A stretch of DNA of 64,000 nt from Nitrospirota bacterium (lineage in GTDB: Bacteria; Nitrospirota; Leptospirillia; Leptospirillales; Leptospirillaceae), in the NCBI GenBank assembly GCA_021810805.1, contig JAJZHW010000005.1, positions 45,153-109,152 of the forward strand, in the 5' to 3' direction. Positions within the stretch are counted from its first letter, which is position 1. The number at the start of each line of letters is the position of its first letter. The notes under the pieces are model-generated. The model was given only the letters and a program-made list of their open reading frames with translations. It was not told where the DNA came from and searched no databases. The position numbers and the translations under genes are program-made. Below are positions 46,078 to 55,499 of this stretch, one piece after another.

Positions 46078-47043
46078 TCACGAGGCGGGATCGGGGCCCA
46101 TGGGTCCGGGAGAGAGGGGTTCCTGAGGCTGCGTCTTCCACCGCCGATGCATCCAGATCCACTGTTCCGGGTAGTCCCGGACAAAGGCGTCGAGGGCCTG
46201 GCCGTAGAGGGCGGTCATGCGGATGGCGGCCTCTTCGGGGGGCAGGGATCTCTCGGGAAAGATCGGAGGAAGAATCCGCCCCCGGAAATGCCCTCCCGCC
46301 ATCCTCTGGCAGGCGGCGGGAAGAACGGGAAGGCCCGTCATGAGGGAGAGGCGGGCGAGGCTTGTGTAGGTCGCAGCCTGCCGCCCCAGAAAGGGGACGA
46401 AGCTCCCCTCCCCCTCCCCGGCATTCTGGTCGAGGAGGAAGATCAGGACCTCGCCTGCCCGCAAGGCCCGGATCAGGGGTTTGGGGCCGAGGTCGGCGAG
46501 GATGGAGTCCCCCTTCCCGCAGTGGCGCCGGTGGCGGTCGATGAAGTCGTTCACCGCCGGATTCTTGATGCGGCGAATGACGGGATGGGCCCTTCCGGGA
46601 GCCTCCACGGCGATCCTGCGCAGAGCCATCTCCCAGTTGCCGATGTGGCCGGTCAGTAGGATGACTCCCTGGCCCTTTCGGTACTCCTCCCGGAAATGGT
46701 CGAGCCCTTCCACCGGGACAAGGGCGCACACCCTCTCGTCCGAAAGGGTGCACAGCCGCAAAAACTCGGCACCCAGACGGCCGAAGTGGCGAAAGACCTT
46801 TTTCTCGAAGCGTCGCTCGAACGGTCGGGCCTCCTCATGGGACGCCGGGGCGAGATCCGAGCGGGAGAGGTTGTTCCGGAGGATCTTGACCTTCCCTGGG
46901 AGACAAAGGCGCAGAATGTCTCCGATTCTCTCGCCCAAAAAGATGGCCAGGGGTTCGGGAAGCGCACAGAAGATCCACCGGAAAAGTTCCAGCAAGACGA
47001 AGGTCAGACGATAGGAGAGGGAGGTTCCCGGGGGGGTGGTCAT
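46078..47043 (-). CDS. lpxL: Lipid A late acyltransferase (LpxL/HtrB family)
   Basis: LTGHIGNWEMAL (HX4E/D acyltransferase motif) in a LABLAT-like layout. ATG 47043 lies in an ATGA overlap with the lpxK stop. Confidence 0.75.
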   Translation of the reverse strand: MTTPPGTSLSYRLTFVLLELFRWIFCALPEPLAIFLGERIGDILRLCLPGKVKILRNNLSRSDLAPASHEEARPFERRFEKKVFRHFGRLGAEFLRLCTLSDERVCALVPVEGLDHFREEYRKGQGVILLTGHIGNWEMALRRIAVEAPGRAHPVIRRIKNPAVNDFIDRHRRHCGKGDSILADLGPKPLIRALRAGEVLIFLLDQNAGEGEGSFVPFLGRQAATYTSLARLSLMTGLPVLPAACQRMAGGHFRGRILPPIFPERSLPPEEAAIRMTALYGQALDAFVRDYPEQWIWMHRRWKTQPQEPLSPGPMGPDPAS

Positions 47044-48125
47044 GGCGCACTCCCTTGACGAGGGAGTGCCAGGATCTCGTTCCATGCCTCGATGTCGAGA
47101 AGGCGCGTCTCCCCTTCGAGAACCAAAACGGGGATCGGACTCTCCGGACAATGGGTCCATTTGATCCGGTCCTTTTCGGTGGTGAGCAGGAGCTCGGCGC
47201 CCTGGGAGGCCATACTCCGGGACAGGTTGGCTATCGCTCCCTGGACCTTCGAGGTGAAGGGGGTATGGTCGGGAAGGACCAGGATACCGACGACCTGGGC
47301 CCCCAAGGATTCGAGGGCCTGAACCACCCTCCCGGGATTGGCGATCCCTGCCACCACCGCCACCTTTCGTCCCGACAGGGTCTCGACCGGGCCGATCCCG
47401 ACCCCGTCAAAGCTCTGAAGCCGGGAGAGTTTGTAGTTGACGGAGAGGATCGGCCGCATCCCGTCGGGACCTAGCATGGTCCGGAGGTTTTTCCGGAGAA
47501 GATCCTCTCTTTCGGCCACATCCCCGAAGGGAGTTTCGGGTCGGCGAACGATCCAGTGGGTGGCCCGTGTCAGGGCAGCGGGGAGCTCCCGCAGGCTTCC
47601 GGCGGGAAGCAGGTCCCGGACTCCCATGGGTCTCCCAAAGAGAGTCTCGGGAAGAAAGACAAGCGAGCATGTCGGCAGGACCTCCAGCGACTGGAAGCCG
47701 TCGTCGAGGATGACGAGGTCGCAGAGCCCTTCCAGAAGGCGGATCCCCTCCCGCCGGTCGGACGCCACCGCCACGCTCACCGCGGGAAGTGTGCGAACGA
47801 GAAGCGCCGGTTCGTCCCCGGCCTTCTCCACCGGAACAAGAAGCCCCTCTCCCCGGGAGACGAGGCAGTTCTCCCCCGGGTGGCTTCGGCCATATCCCCG
47901 TGAGACGACCCCCGGACGGACTCCGGCGCGGAGAAGATGGCGGCAGAGGGCCGCCACCAGAGGAGACTTTCCCGTACCGCCCACCTCGATGTTTCCCACG
48001 CTGATCACCGGGAGCGAGAACCGTTCCCGGGGGCGAAGCCCCGATTCGTAGCTTCGGCGAAAAAGGGCGGATCCGGCGCCATAGAGAAGGGCCAGGGGCC
48101 AGACCACAGGGCCGAGAGGCATCAT
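47040..48125 (-). CDS. lpxK: Tetraacyldisaccharide 4'-kinase
   Basis: ISVGNIEVGGTGKSPLV... P-loop in the characteristic LpxK context. Confidence 0.9.
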   Translation of the reverse strand: MMPLGPVVWPLALLYGAGSALFRRSYESGLRPRERFSLPVISVGNIEVGGTGKSPLVAALCRHLLRAGVRPGVVSRGYGRSHPGENCLVSRGEGLLVPVEKAGDEPALLVRTLPAVSVAVASDRREGIRLLEGLCDLVILDDGFQSLEVLPTCSLVFLPETLFGRPMGVRDLLPAGSLRELPAALTRATHWIVRRPETPFGDVAEREDLLRKNLRTMLGPDGMRPILSVNYKLSRLQSFDGVGIGPVETLSGRKVAVVAGIANPGRVVQALESLGAQVVGILVLPDHTPFTSKVQGAIANLSRSMASQGAELLLTTEKDRIKWTHCPESPIPVLVLEGETRLLDIEAWNEILALPRQGSAP

Positions 48126-49417
48126 CGGGACTCCGGGAAGAGGGCCAGAATCGGCTCAAGAGCCGACATGGTCCGCTCAAGGGGGCCTCCGAGGCGGTCG
48201 AAGACCCGTCGGGCGGCCAACCCCATTTTTCTGCGGGTCTCCGCATTCTCGGCCAACGCCATCAGGGAAGGCTCAAGGGCCGCGGGGCCGGGAAGTTCAA
48301 GGAGGGCCCCCTCCTCCCGAAGGGGAGAGACCAGGGCGGCGATATGGTCCTGGTAAGGGCCCAGAAGGAGGGGTTTGCCGTGGTAGGCCGCCTCTACCGG
48401 GGAGTGGCCCCCGACAGGGTCGAGGGTTCCCCCCACGAAGACCATGTCGGCCTCCCCCAGAAGCCAGCCCAGCTCTCCGTAGGTATCCAGAATATAGACG
48501 GGACACTCGCCGACTCCGGCAGGGGAGGCTCCTGCCGTCCGGAGCCGGGGGGCAACCTCCGGAGGCAGGCTCTTCAGCACCTCCGGGAGAGTCTCGAGAT
48601 GGCGAAGTGCCAGCACAGGCGAAATCCTGACTCCCCTTTTCCCGAGGGAGAGACAGGCCGAGACGATGGTCCGGGCCTCCCCCGGATGGACCGAGCTCCC
48701 CACAAGGATCAGGGGAGGGTCGGAGTCCTTCGGCTCCTTTTTGTCGAGCCAGGAGAGGAGGCTCTCATGGTGGCTTGGATCCTCGGGCCCGGGCAGGGCG
48801 AGATCCCACTTGAGGTTGCCCGTCACCGCCACCGCCTCCTTCCTGACCCCCAGAGACAGAAATCTCTCCCGGTCGTGTTCCTCGGCCACCAGGACGGGCG
48901 AGAGATGGGAAAGGAAGGGGCGAGCGAGGGGCCTGATCTTTCGGTATCGGCCAAAGCTTCGGGTGGAGAGGCGTCCATTGACGATTCCGGCCGGGATGGA
49001 CAGGGATCGGGCGGAGAGAAGCATCGCCGGCCAGACCTCGGTTTCAAAGAGGAGAATCGCCCGGACCCGCCGGCTCGCGAGGAAGGGAACCCAGAGCCCC
49101 GGAAGGTCGAGGGGGGCCAGGGAGACGGGAATGTCGGGATGGGCCGCCGCCAATGCCGCCCGCCCCGTGGCGGTCATGGTCGTCAGAACCAGCGGGACCC
49201 GGCCGGACAGCCTCCGGATGAGCGTTCTCGCCGCCCGCGCCTCGCCCAGGGAGGCGACATGGAGAAGGAGGCAGGGCTCCTGTCCGGGGCGCCCCCCCGC
49301 CATTCCCAGCCGCTCCCGGAAATGGGGGCGGGCCCGGGGGAAGAAGAGCCAGACGGCGCCGATCAGGGGGAGAAGAAAGGGCCAGAGAAGCCAGTGAAGG
49401 AGGCGGGAACCCTTCAT
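48122..49417 (-). CDS. waaA: 3-deoxy-D-manno-octulosonic acid (Kdo) transferase
   Basis: Start at ATG 49417 (MKGSRLLHWLLWPF...). LLLHVASLGEARAA... and a C-terminal GGTLDPVGGHSPVEAA. Confidence 0.88.
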   Translation of the reverse strand: MKGSRLLHWLLWPFLLPLIGAVWLFFPRARPHFRERLGMAGGRPGQEPCLLLHVASLGEARAARTLIRRLSGRVPLVLTTMTATGRAALAAAHPDIPVSLAPLDLPGLWVPFLASRRVRAILLFETEVWPAMLLSARSLSIPAGIVNGRLSTRSFGRYRKIRPLARPFLSHLSPVLVAEEHDRERFLSLGVRKEAVAVTGNLKWDLALPGPEDPSHHESLLSWLDKKEPKDSDPPLILVGSSVHPGEARTIVSACLSLGKRGVRISPVLALRHLETLPEVLKSLPPEVAPRLRTAGASPAGVGECPVYILDTYGELGWLLGEADMVFVGGTLDPVGGHSPVEAAYHGKPLLLGPYQDHIAALVSPLREEGALLELPGPAALEPSLMALAENAETRRKMGLAARRVFDRLGGPLERTMSALEPILALFPESR

Positions 49418-50601
49418 CACGGATCCTTCGGAGATTCCGGGGGGGAGGAAGGGGTACAGAGTCCACTTTTCTCCACGATGGCCCGGGCGATCCGGGCCGA
49501 GGCCCCGGGGCCTCCCAGAACCTGACGGAGACCCTGGAGATCGGAGAGGGTCCGTTTCCGTGCGGACTCGTCGGAGAGGAGGGTCCAGAGGTGGTCGGCC
49601 ATGGCTTGCGGAGTGGCGGCCTCCTGGATCAGCTCGGGAGCGATCTTGCGCCCGGCCACGAGGTTCACCATCCCGATGGCCGGCACGTCCACCAGCCAGC
49701 GGGCCAGGCGGTAGCTTCCCTCGTTCATGACATAGACGACGACAAGGGGGGTTCCCACGAGCCCCGTCTCGAGGGTCGCGGTTCCGGAGGTTACAAGGGC
49801 ACAATCGGCGGCGGCCATCACCTCCCGAAATCGTCCGGAGATCCGGAGGACGGGAGGATGGGGAAGGGTCTTCTCGATGGCCCGGTAAACCTCGTCGGAG
49901 ACCGACGGGGGAATGGGAACGAGGGCCTTGAGCCCGGGCTGTTTTTTTTCAAGAAGCGAGAGGGCCGCCAGCATCCGGGGATAAAGGCGGCGGATCTCTC
50001 CGGGGCGGCTCCCCGGAGCCAGGGCCACCACAGGTCCGGAGACCCCGGCTCCGAGAAACTCCTCCCGAAGGCTCTTTTTCGTCGAAACATCCGGAAAGGG
50101 CTCGTCGAGCAGAGGATGCCCCGCATAGGTGACGGGAACCCCGTGCTTTTGGTAAAAAGGCTCTTCGAAGGGAAAGATGACGAACATATGGTTCACAAGG
50201 CGGCGGATCGTTTTGACCCGGCCCTTTCGCCAGGCCCAGAGCTGAGGACTCACATAGTAGTGGATCTGCACTCCCCGGGACTTGAGGGCGCGGGCCAGGA
50301 GAAGGTTGAAGTCGGGAAAGTCGACGAGAACCGCGGTCCGGATCTTCTCCCGATCGACGGTGGCGAGAAGGGCCCGATAGGAAGAAATGACGCCGGGGAG
50401 GCGGGAGGCCACCTCGAAAAAACCCATGACATTGAGCCGCTCCATGGGAACGACGATACGCGCGCCCGCTTCGGCGATCGCCGGACCTCCGGCGGCATGG
50501 CACACGAGGTCGGGGCAGAGCCGTTTCATTTCGGAGAGGAGAAGGGCGCCGTGGTGGTCTCCCGAGGCCTCTCCGGCGACGAGAAGCAGGGAGGGTGTCA
50601 C
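49417..50601 (-). CDS. lpxB: Lipid-A-disaccharide synthase
   Basis: LLLVAGEASGDHHGA...HYYVSPQLWAWR...TSGTATLETGL. GTG start in a GTGA overlap. Confidence 0.9.
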   Translation of the reverse strand: MTPSLLLVAGEASGDHHGALLLSEMKRLCPDLVCHAAGGPAIAEAGARIVVPMERLNVMGFFEVASRLPGVISSYRALLATVDREKIRTAVLVDFPDFNLLLARALKSRGVQIHYYVSPQLWAWRKGRVKTIRRLVNHMFVIFPFEEPFYQKHGVPVTYAGHPLLDEPFPDVSTKKSLREEFLGAGVSGPVVALAPGSRPGEIRRLYPRMLAALSLLEKKQPGLKALVPIPPSVSDEVYRAIEKTLPHPPVLRISGRFREVMAAADCALVTSGTATLETGLVGTPLVVVYVMNEGSYRLARWLVDVPAIGMVNLVAGRKIAPELIQEAATPQAMADHLWTLLSDESARKRTLSDLQGLRQVLGGPGASARIARAIVEKSGLCTPSSPPESPKDP

Positions 50602-51587
50602 GGGGACGGGTCGCTCTCGTCCGCATCGCGGAAGCGCGCCAGGCTTTCGTGGGCGAGCCGGTTGACCTCGAGAGCGACCTCGAGGGCCTGATAGGCCTCG
50701 TCCCCGGAGACGCGGGGCGGGAGGCCATGGCGCAGAGACTCGATGAAGGTCGAGAGCTCCTTCTTGAGGGGCTCCTCGCTGGGGAAGCTCTTGGCGGAGC
50801 GGGAGATCGAGGGAAGAGCGCCCGTCTCGAGCTTGACCGTGGCCATGGCCAGCTCCCGGGTATCGTAGTTCAGCGAATAATAGAGGCCCCGGCGGTCGAA
50901 GACGCGAATTTTTCGGAGCTTGTCGAGAGAGACGCGGCTGGCGGTCACCTGGGCCAGGCAGCCGTTCTCAAACTCGAGCCAGGCATTGGCGAGGTCGATA
51001 TGGCTGGTGATGGCCGGTGTCCCCACAACGCGCATCGTCTGGATGGGGGAGCGAACCAGCGCCAGGATGATGTCGATGTCGTGGATCATGAGGTCCACGA
51101 TGACGGGAACATCGGTCGCCCGCAACCCGAACGGAGAAAGCCGCTGGGCTTCGATATAGGCGGGGCGAACCCCCGACTCCAGCATGGCGACCACGCCGGG
51201 GTTGAATCGTTCGATATGGCCCACCTGAAGGAGCACCTGGGCCTCGCGCACGGCGTCGAGGATTTTTTTGGCCTCAGCAAGGGTGTCGGCGATAGGTTTT
51301 TCGAGAAAGAGGGCGATCTTCTTTCGGGCCAGGATCCGAAGGGCGATCTCGGCATGGGTCGTGGTGGGGGTCACCACGGAGAGGGCATCGACCGAATCCA
51401 CGAGCGCGTCGAGGGAGTCGAAGACCGGCACCTTGAGCCGCGCGCCGATCTCCTGGGCCCGTCGGGTATCGCTGTCGTGAATGCCCGCAAGTCGGACGTG
51501 GGGGATCTCGGAGAGAACGCGGGCATGGTGCTGGCCCAGATACCCGACGCCGACCACTCCGACGGAGACCGTCTCCTTGAGGCTCAT
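50598..51587 (-). CDS. Gfo/Idh/MocA-family NAD(P) oxidoreductase inside the lpx operon (GnnA-like candidate)
   Basis: Start at ATG 51587 (MSLKETVSVGVVGVGYLGQHHARVL...), a Rossmann N-terminus followed by a GFO_IDH_MocA C-domain. ATGA overlap with the lpxI stop and GTGA overlap into lpxB. Confidence 0.75.
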   Translation of the reverse strand: MSLKETVSVGVVGVGYLGQHHARVLSEIPHVRLAGIHDSDTRRAQEIGARLKVPVFDSLDALVDSVDALSVVTPTTTHAEIALRILARKKIALFLEKPIADTLAEAKKILDAVREAQVLLQVGHIERFNPGVVAMLESGVRPAYIEAQRLSPFGLRATDVPVIVDLMIHDIDIILALVRSPIQTMRVVGTPAITSHIDLANAWLEFENGCLAQVTASRVSLDKLRKIRVFDRRGLYYSLNYDTRELAMATVKLETGALPSISRSAKSFPSEEPLKKELSTFIESLRHGLPPRVSGDEAYQALEVALEVNRLAHESLARFRDADESDPSP

Positions 51588-52408
51588 TCGATGCCTACCA
51601 CAGAAATGTCGGCCGAATCGGCCAAAGAGAGGGTCTCCTCGCGAGAAAAGAGAAGCGTCTTGCCCGCTTCGACCGCCAGGACCCGGGCCTTGGCTTCCAT
51701 CATAGTCCGAATGGTCTCCGGACCCACCGAGGGAAGGTCGAACCGAAGATCCTGCCCGGGCTTTGCCATCTTCACCACCACGCCCCCCTCTCCCCCGAAT
51801 TTCCCGGCCCGCCGGATCGTCTCGTCCGTTCCCTCGATGGCCTCCACCGCGACGACCACCTTTTCCCGGACGACGAGACACTGGCCGAGGTCGGCCGGCC
51901 CGATAATGCGGGCGATCTCGATACCGACCTTGATGTCGGCCTCCTCCTGCGAGGTGGGCGTCCGGCGAGTCAGGTTGCCCACGGGGGCGGCCAGATCGGG
52001 AAGGAGAAGGGTCGAGGGAACGATTTCGATCCCCTCCTTTTCGAACTCTCCGGCCAGGGCGCGAAGGGCCTCGTCATCGTGGTAGCGGGAGAGCCGGCCC
52101 AGAATCATCATCCCCTTCCAGTCCGGACGGAGATCGAAAAGCCGGGGCTTTCGGACTCCCCCCACAAAAGCGGCCCGGGAAATCCCGTTTTTGTGGAAGG
52201 TCTCGAAGATGGCGCCCACCTGCCCGAGGCGGATCCACCGCACCGGGAACCCCATCCCATCGATGGAAGAGTCGGTCTCGCCTTCGTGGGCGACGACGAC
52301 CACACGGATGCCGGCCTTTTGTGCCGCCTCGAGAAAGACCAAGGGGAATGAGCCGTTTCCGGCAATCATTCCGACGGGGGTGAGAGAGGGGGAGGGTCCG
52401 GAGGTCAA
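51584..52408 (-). CDS. lpxI: UDP-2,3-diacylglucosamine diphosphatase (DUF1009)
   Basis: GMIAGNGSFPL...GQCLVVREKVVVAVEAIEGTDETIRR...KMAKPGQDLRFDLPSVG. Start at TTG 52408 (TTGA overlap) or ATG 52369. Confidence 0.85.
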   Translation of the reverse strand: MTSGPSPSLTPVGMIAGNGSFPLVFLEAAQKAGIRVVVVAHEGETDSSIDGMGFPVRWIRLGQVGAIFETFHKNGISRAAFVGGVRKPRLFDLRPDWKGMMILGRLSRYHDDEALRALAGEFEKEGIEIVPSTLLLPDLAAPVGNLTRRTPTSQEEADIKVGIEIARIIGPADLGQCLVVREKVVVAVEAIEGTDETIRRAGKFGGEGGVVVKMAKPGQDLRFDLPSVGPETIRTMMEAKARVLAVEAGKTLLFSREETLSLADSADISVVGIE

Positions 52409-53262
52409 GACTCCCCCTCCCCTCCTCCCCGGGGCGAGGTCAGAACGCCGCGCTCGGAGGATTCGATGAACTCGAGAAGATGGGTGATCTCCGGAGTCGC
52501 CGTCAGGGTGGCCCTCACCCGCTCGATGGCCTGGGACATGGGAAGAGCGGAGCGAAAGAGAATCTGGTAGGCCTTCTTGAGGAGTGCCACCGATTCGGGA
52601 GAGATATGGTTTCGGCGAAGCCCTTCCTGGTTCAACCCGTAAAGATAGGCGCGGTTCCCCGAGGCCCAGACGAAGGGGGGCACATCCTTGGGGACGCCGC
52701 TCATTCCTCCCACCATGGAGAAGCGCCCCACCCTCACGAACTGGTGGATTCCCGAAAGCCCTCCGATGATCGCCCCGTCGTCGATGGTGATGTGGCCGGC
52801 GAGATTGGCCGAGTTGGCCATGATCACCCGGGAGCCGATCCGGCAGTCGTGGGCAACATGGCAGTAGGCCATCAGGAGGTTGTTGTCGCCCAGGACGGTC
52901 TCCATCCCCCCCCCCTCCGTCCCCCGATGGATCGTGACCGATTCGCGGATAGTATTTCCGGAACCGATGATGGTTCGGGAGGGTTCGCCCCGGTATTTGA
53001 GGTCCTGAGGGGCCATGCCGATGGTCGTAAAGGGATAGATGACATTTCTCTCACCCAGCACCGTATGGCCGTCGATGACGACATGGGAGAGAAGGCGGGT
53101 CCCCACCCCGATTTTGACATTCTCCCCCACGGTACAGAAGGGGCCGATCTCGACCCCAGGTTCGAGGATGGCCCGGGAGTGAACGGAGGAGGAAGGATGG
53201 ACGATGACCTTTCCTTCGGCGTAGCTGCGGGAGGCGTCTTCAGGGTCTTTTTTTCGGGTCAT
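52405..53262 (-). CDS. lpxA: Acyl-ACP--UDP-N-acetylglucosamine O-acyltransferase
   Basis: Left-handed beta-helix hexapeptide repeats; IHPSS..., [22 protein letters not shown] 53262 lies in an ATGA overlap with the fabZ stop. Confidence 0.9.
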   Translation of the reverse strand: MTRKKDPEDASRSYAEGKVIVHPSSSVHSRAILEPGVEIGPFCTVGENVKIGVGTRLLSHVVIDGHTVLGERNVIYPFTTIGMAPQDLKYRGEPSRTIIGSGNTIRESVTIHRGTEGGGMETVLGDNNLLMAYCHVAHDCRIGSRVIMANSANLAGHITIDDGAIIGGLSGIHQFVRVGRFSMVGGMSGVPKDVPPFVWASGNRAYLYGLNQEGLRRNHISPESVALLKKAYQILFRSALPMSQAIERVRATLTATPEITHLLEFIESSERGVLTSPRGGGEGES

Positions 53263-53708
53263 GCGCCTTCTCCTTTTTTGCGGATCATGGCCAAAAGGGT
53301 CGCCTCGCAGACAAGCTGATCCGCGACATGGACCGTTCCGGCCATGCGCCAGGAGCTTCCCCGGACCTTGAGTGTGGTCATGGTGATCCGAAGCTGGTCC
53401 CCCGGAAGAACGGGCCGCCTGAAGCGGGCATCGTCGATTCCCAGGAAAAAGGGAATATGGTCTTCCTTCTCCTGCCCCGAGCAAATGGCAAGAATCCCCC
53501 CCACCTGCGCCATGGCCTCCACGAGAAGAACCCCCGGCATCATGGGTGTGCCAGGGAAATGCCCCTGAAAAAAGGGTTCGTTGATCGTGACGTTCTTGAT
53601 GGCCACGATCCGGTGTTTTGGCTCGACCTCCAGGACCCTGTCCACGAGCAGAAAGGGATACCTGTGGGGGAGAATGGAGAGAATCTCTCCGATTTCAATG
53701 GGTCCCAT
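53259..53708 (-). CDS. fabZ: 3-hydroxyacyl-ACP dehydratase
   Basis: [14 protein letters not shown]...[23 protein letters not shown]. Start at ATG 53708, overlapping the lpxD end by 14 nt. Confidence 0.92.
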   Translation of the reverse strand: MGPIEIGEILSILPHRYPFLLVDRVLEVEPKHRIVAIKNVTINEPFFQGHFPGTPMMPGVLLVEAMAQVGGILAICSGQEKEDHIPFFLGIDDARFRRPVLPGDQLRITMTTLKVRGSSWRMAGTVHVADQLVCEATLLAMIRKKGEGA

Positions 53709-54765
53709 TGCCCTCTCCGTTGGTAGGGTGAGTCTGTCCGGGAGCTCCGTCCCGGGAAAATACGGCTTTTTCAAGCTGGGAGACGCGTCGAATCAGTTGG
53801 GGAAGTCCCTTGAGGGCTCCCTGAATCCGGAGCCAGAGTGTGTGGGGAAGAGCGGGACTTCCCGAGACCCGGGAGTTGGCCTCAAGCGAATGGGCGACCC
53901 CGGACTGGGCTCCGACCATCGTGCCGGATCCCACCTCGATATGGCCCACCACCCCCACCTGACCGGCCAAAACCACCCGATCGCCCAGCTTTGTGGATCC
54001 CGAGACCCCCGCCTGGGCGACGATGACGCAATCGCTTCCCGTCCGGACGTTGTGGGCAATCTGGACGAGGTTGTCGATCTTCGTTCCCCGGCCGATGACG
54101 GTTTCACCGAAGGTCGCCCGGTCGATGGTCACGTTGGCCCCGATTTCCACATCGTCTTCAAGGACAACGGTCCCGGTCTGGGGAATCTTGATCCGCCGCC
54201 CTTCCGATCCTTCGGCAAAGCCAAAGCCGTCAGAGCCGATCACGGCCCCGCTCTGGATGATGACCCGGTCGCCGATCCGGACGCGGTCGAGAAGGGAGAC
54301 CCGGGGATAGAGAATGCAGTTCTTGCCGATTTTTGTATCGGCTCCCACGACGCACCCCGGAAAAAGGAGCGTCCCCTCCCCGATTTCCGCCCGGGCCTCT
54401 ACGACGCATCCCGCCCGAATCTCAACGCCATCTCCGATTCTCGCGGTGGGATCGACCACGGCATGAGGAGAGATTCCGTTTTTGGGAGAGGGCAAGGGAA
54501 AAAAATGTTGAAGGAGGATGGCCATGGCGAGGTAAGGGGAGACCACGACAACTTGGGGGATAGAGGCTTCAGGAAGAGGCTCGGGGACGAGAATCGCCCC
54601 GGCCTTGAGATGGGGAACGGCTTTTCTGTACTTGGGGTTGGAAAGGAAGGTCAGATCATTGGGACCCGCCTCATTCATGGGGCGGATGGAACGGATCTCA
54701 ATCGATCCGTCCGATCCGATCAATGTTCCTCCAACCTGGGAGGCTATCTGGGCGAGGGTTATCAA
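53695..54765 (-). CDS. lpxD: UDP-3-O-acylglucosamine N-acyltransferase
   Basis: [17 protein letters not shown]...LTFLSNPKY..., followed by hexapeptide repeats. Confidence 0.92.
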   Translation of the reverse strand: MITLAQIASQVGGTLIGSDGSIEIRSIRPMNEAGPNDLTFLSNPKYRKAVPHLKAGAILVPEPLPEASIPQVVVVSPYLAMAILLQHFFPLPSPKNGISPHAVVDPTARIGDGVEIRAGCVVEARAEIGEGTLLFPGCVVGADTKIGKNCILYPRVSLLDRVRIGDRVIIQSGAVIGSDGFGFAEGSEGRRIKIPQTGTVVLEDDVEIGANVTIDRATFGETVIGRGTKIDNLVQIAHNVRTGSDCVIVAQAGVSGSTKLGDRVVLAGQVGVVGHIEVGSGTMVGAQSGVAHSLEANSRVSGSPALPHTLWLRIQGALKGLPQLIRRVSQLEKAVFSRDGAPGQTHPTNGEGNGTH

Positions 54766-54801
54766 AGGAACTCCTTCCCGGCCAGAATGGCCTTGTTGCC
54801 G

Positions 54802-55383
54802 CTACTGGCTCGCATGCTCGTTGACATACTTGATGACGGATTGGGTGATATCCGCATCGGTCTTGATATAGAGATAGCGAGGCGACTGGAAGGGAGGAGG
54901 ATAGGGACCCAGGGGAACGCGAAGGGGATGCTGGGAGATGACCAGAGAGAAATCGAACTTCTTGCCGAGGCTGTCGGAGGCCTGATTGACCGCATTGAGA
55001 AACTTCCGGAACTCCACAAAGCTCTCCGAGGCAATCTCCGTCTGGATCTTCTGCTGGCGCTTCTGGAAGTCCTGAACCTTCTTCTGGAACTCGAGCTCCT
55101 TGGCCCGCAGGGCATCCTTGCTGATCACTCCCACCTGCTGGCGAATCTGGCCCTGCTCGTCCTGGAGAGACTTCTGCTCCGCCTGCATCTTGGAGACACG
55201 ACGGTCGGCAAATCGCTTGAGATGCGCCTGAATCGATTTCCCGAGGGTCGTCTTCTGGAAGACCTGCTGGATATCGACCACCGCGATCTTTTCCTTGGCC
55301 ATGGCGGGGGAGGTGCCGACAACCAGGATGGTGGCGGCGAGAAGGACGGAAGAGGCCGTCCCGAAAATCTTGAAGCGAGTCAT
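54802..55383 (-). CDS. skp: Periplasmic chaperone Skp/OmpH
   Basis: 193 aa; signal peptide; KIAVVDIQQVFQ... coiled-coil rich in Q/K/E; located between bamA and lpxD as in the canonical cluster. Confidence 0.85.
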   Translation of the reverse strand: MTRFKIFGTASSVLLAATILVVGTSPAMAKEKIAVVDIQQVFQKTTLGKSIQAHLKRFADRRVSKMQAEQKSLQDEQGQIRQQVGVISKDALRAKELEFQKKVQDFQKRQQKIQTEIASESFVEFRKFLNAVNQASDSLGKKFDFSLVISQHPLRVPLGPYPPPFQSPRYLYIKTDADITQSVIKYVNEHASQ

Positions 55384-55499
55384 TGAGTCTCCTTGTGTGT
55401 GCAGTCAGGCTGTTTGTGTCACATTGAACATCAGACCTTCCGGGGAGATATCGGAAAAGGTTGTGATGCCGTCAGGTTGAGGGAGGATCGCTCCCCCCT

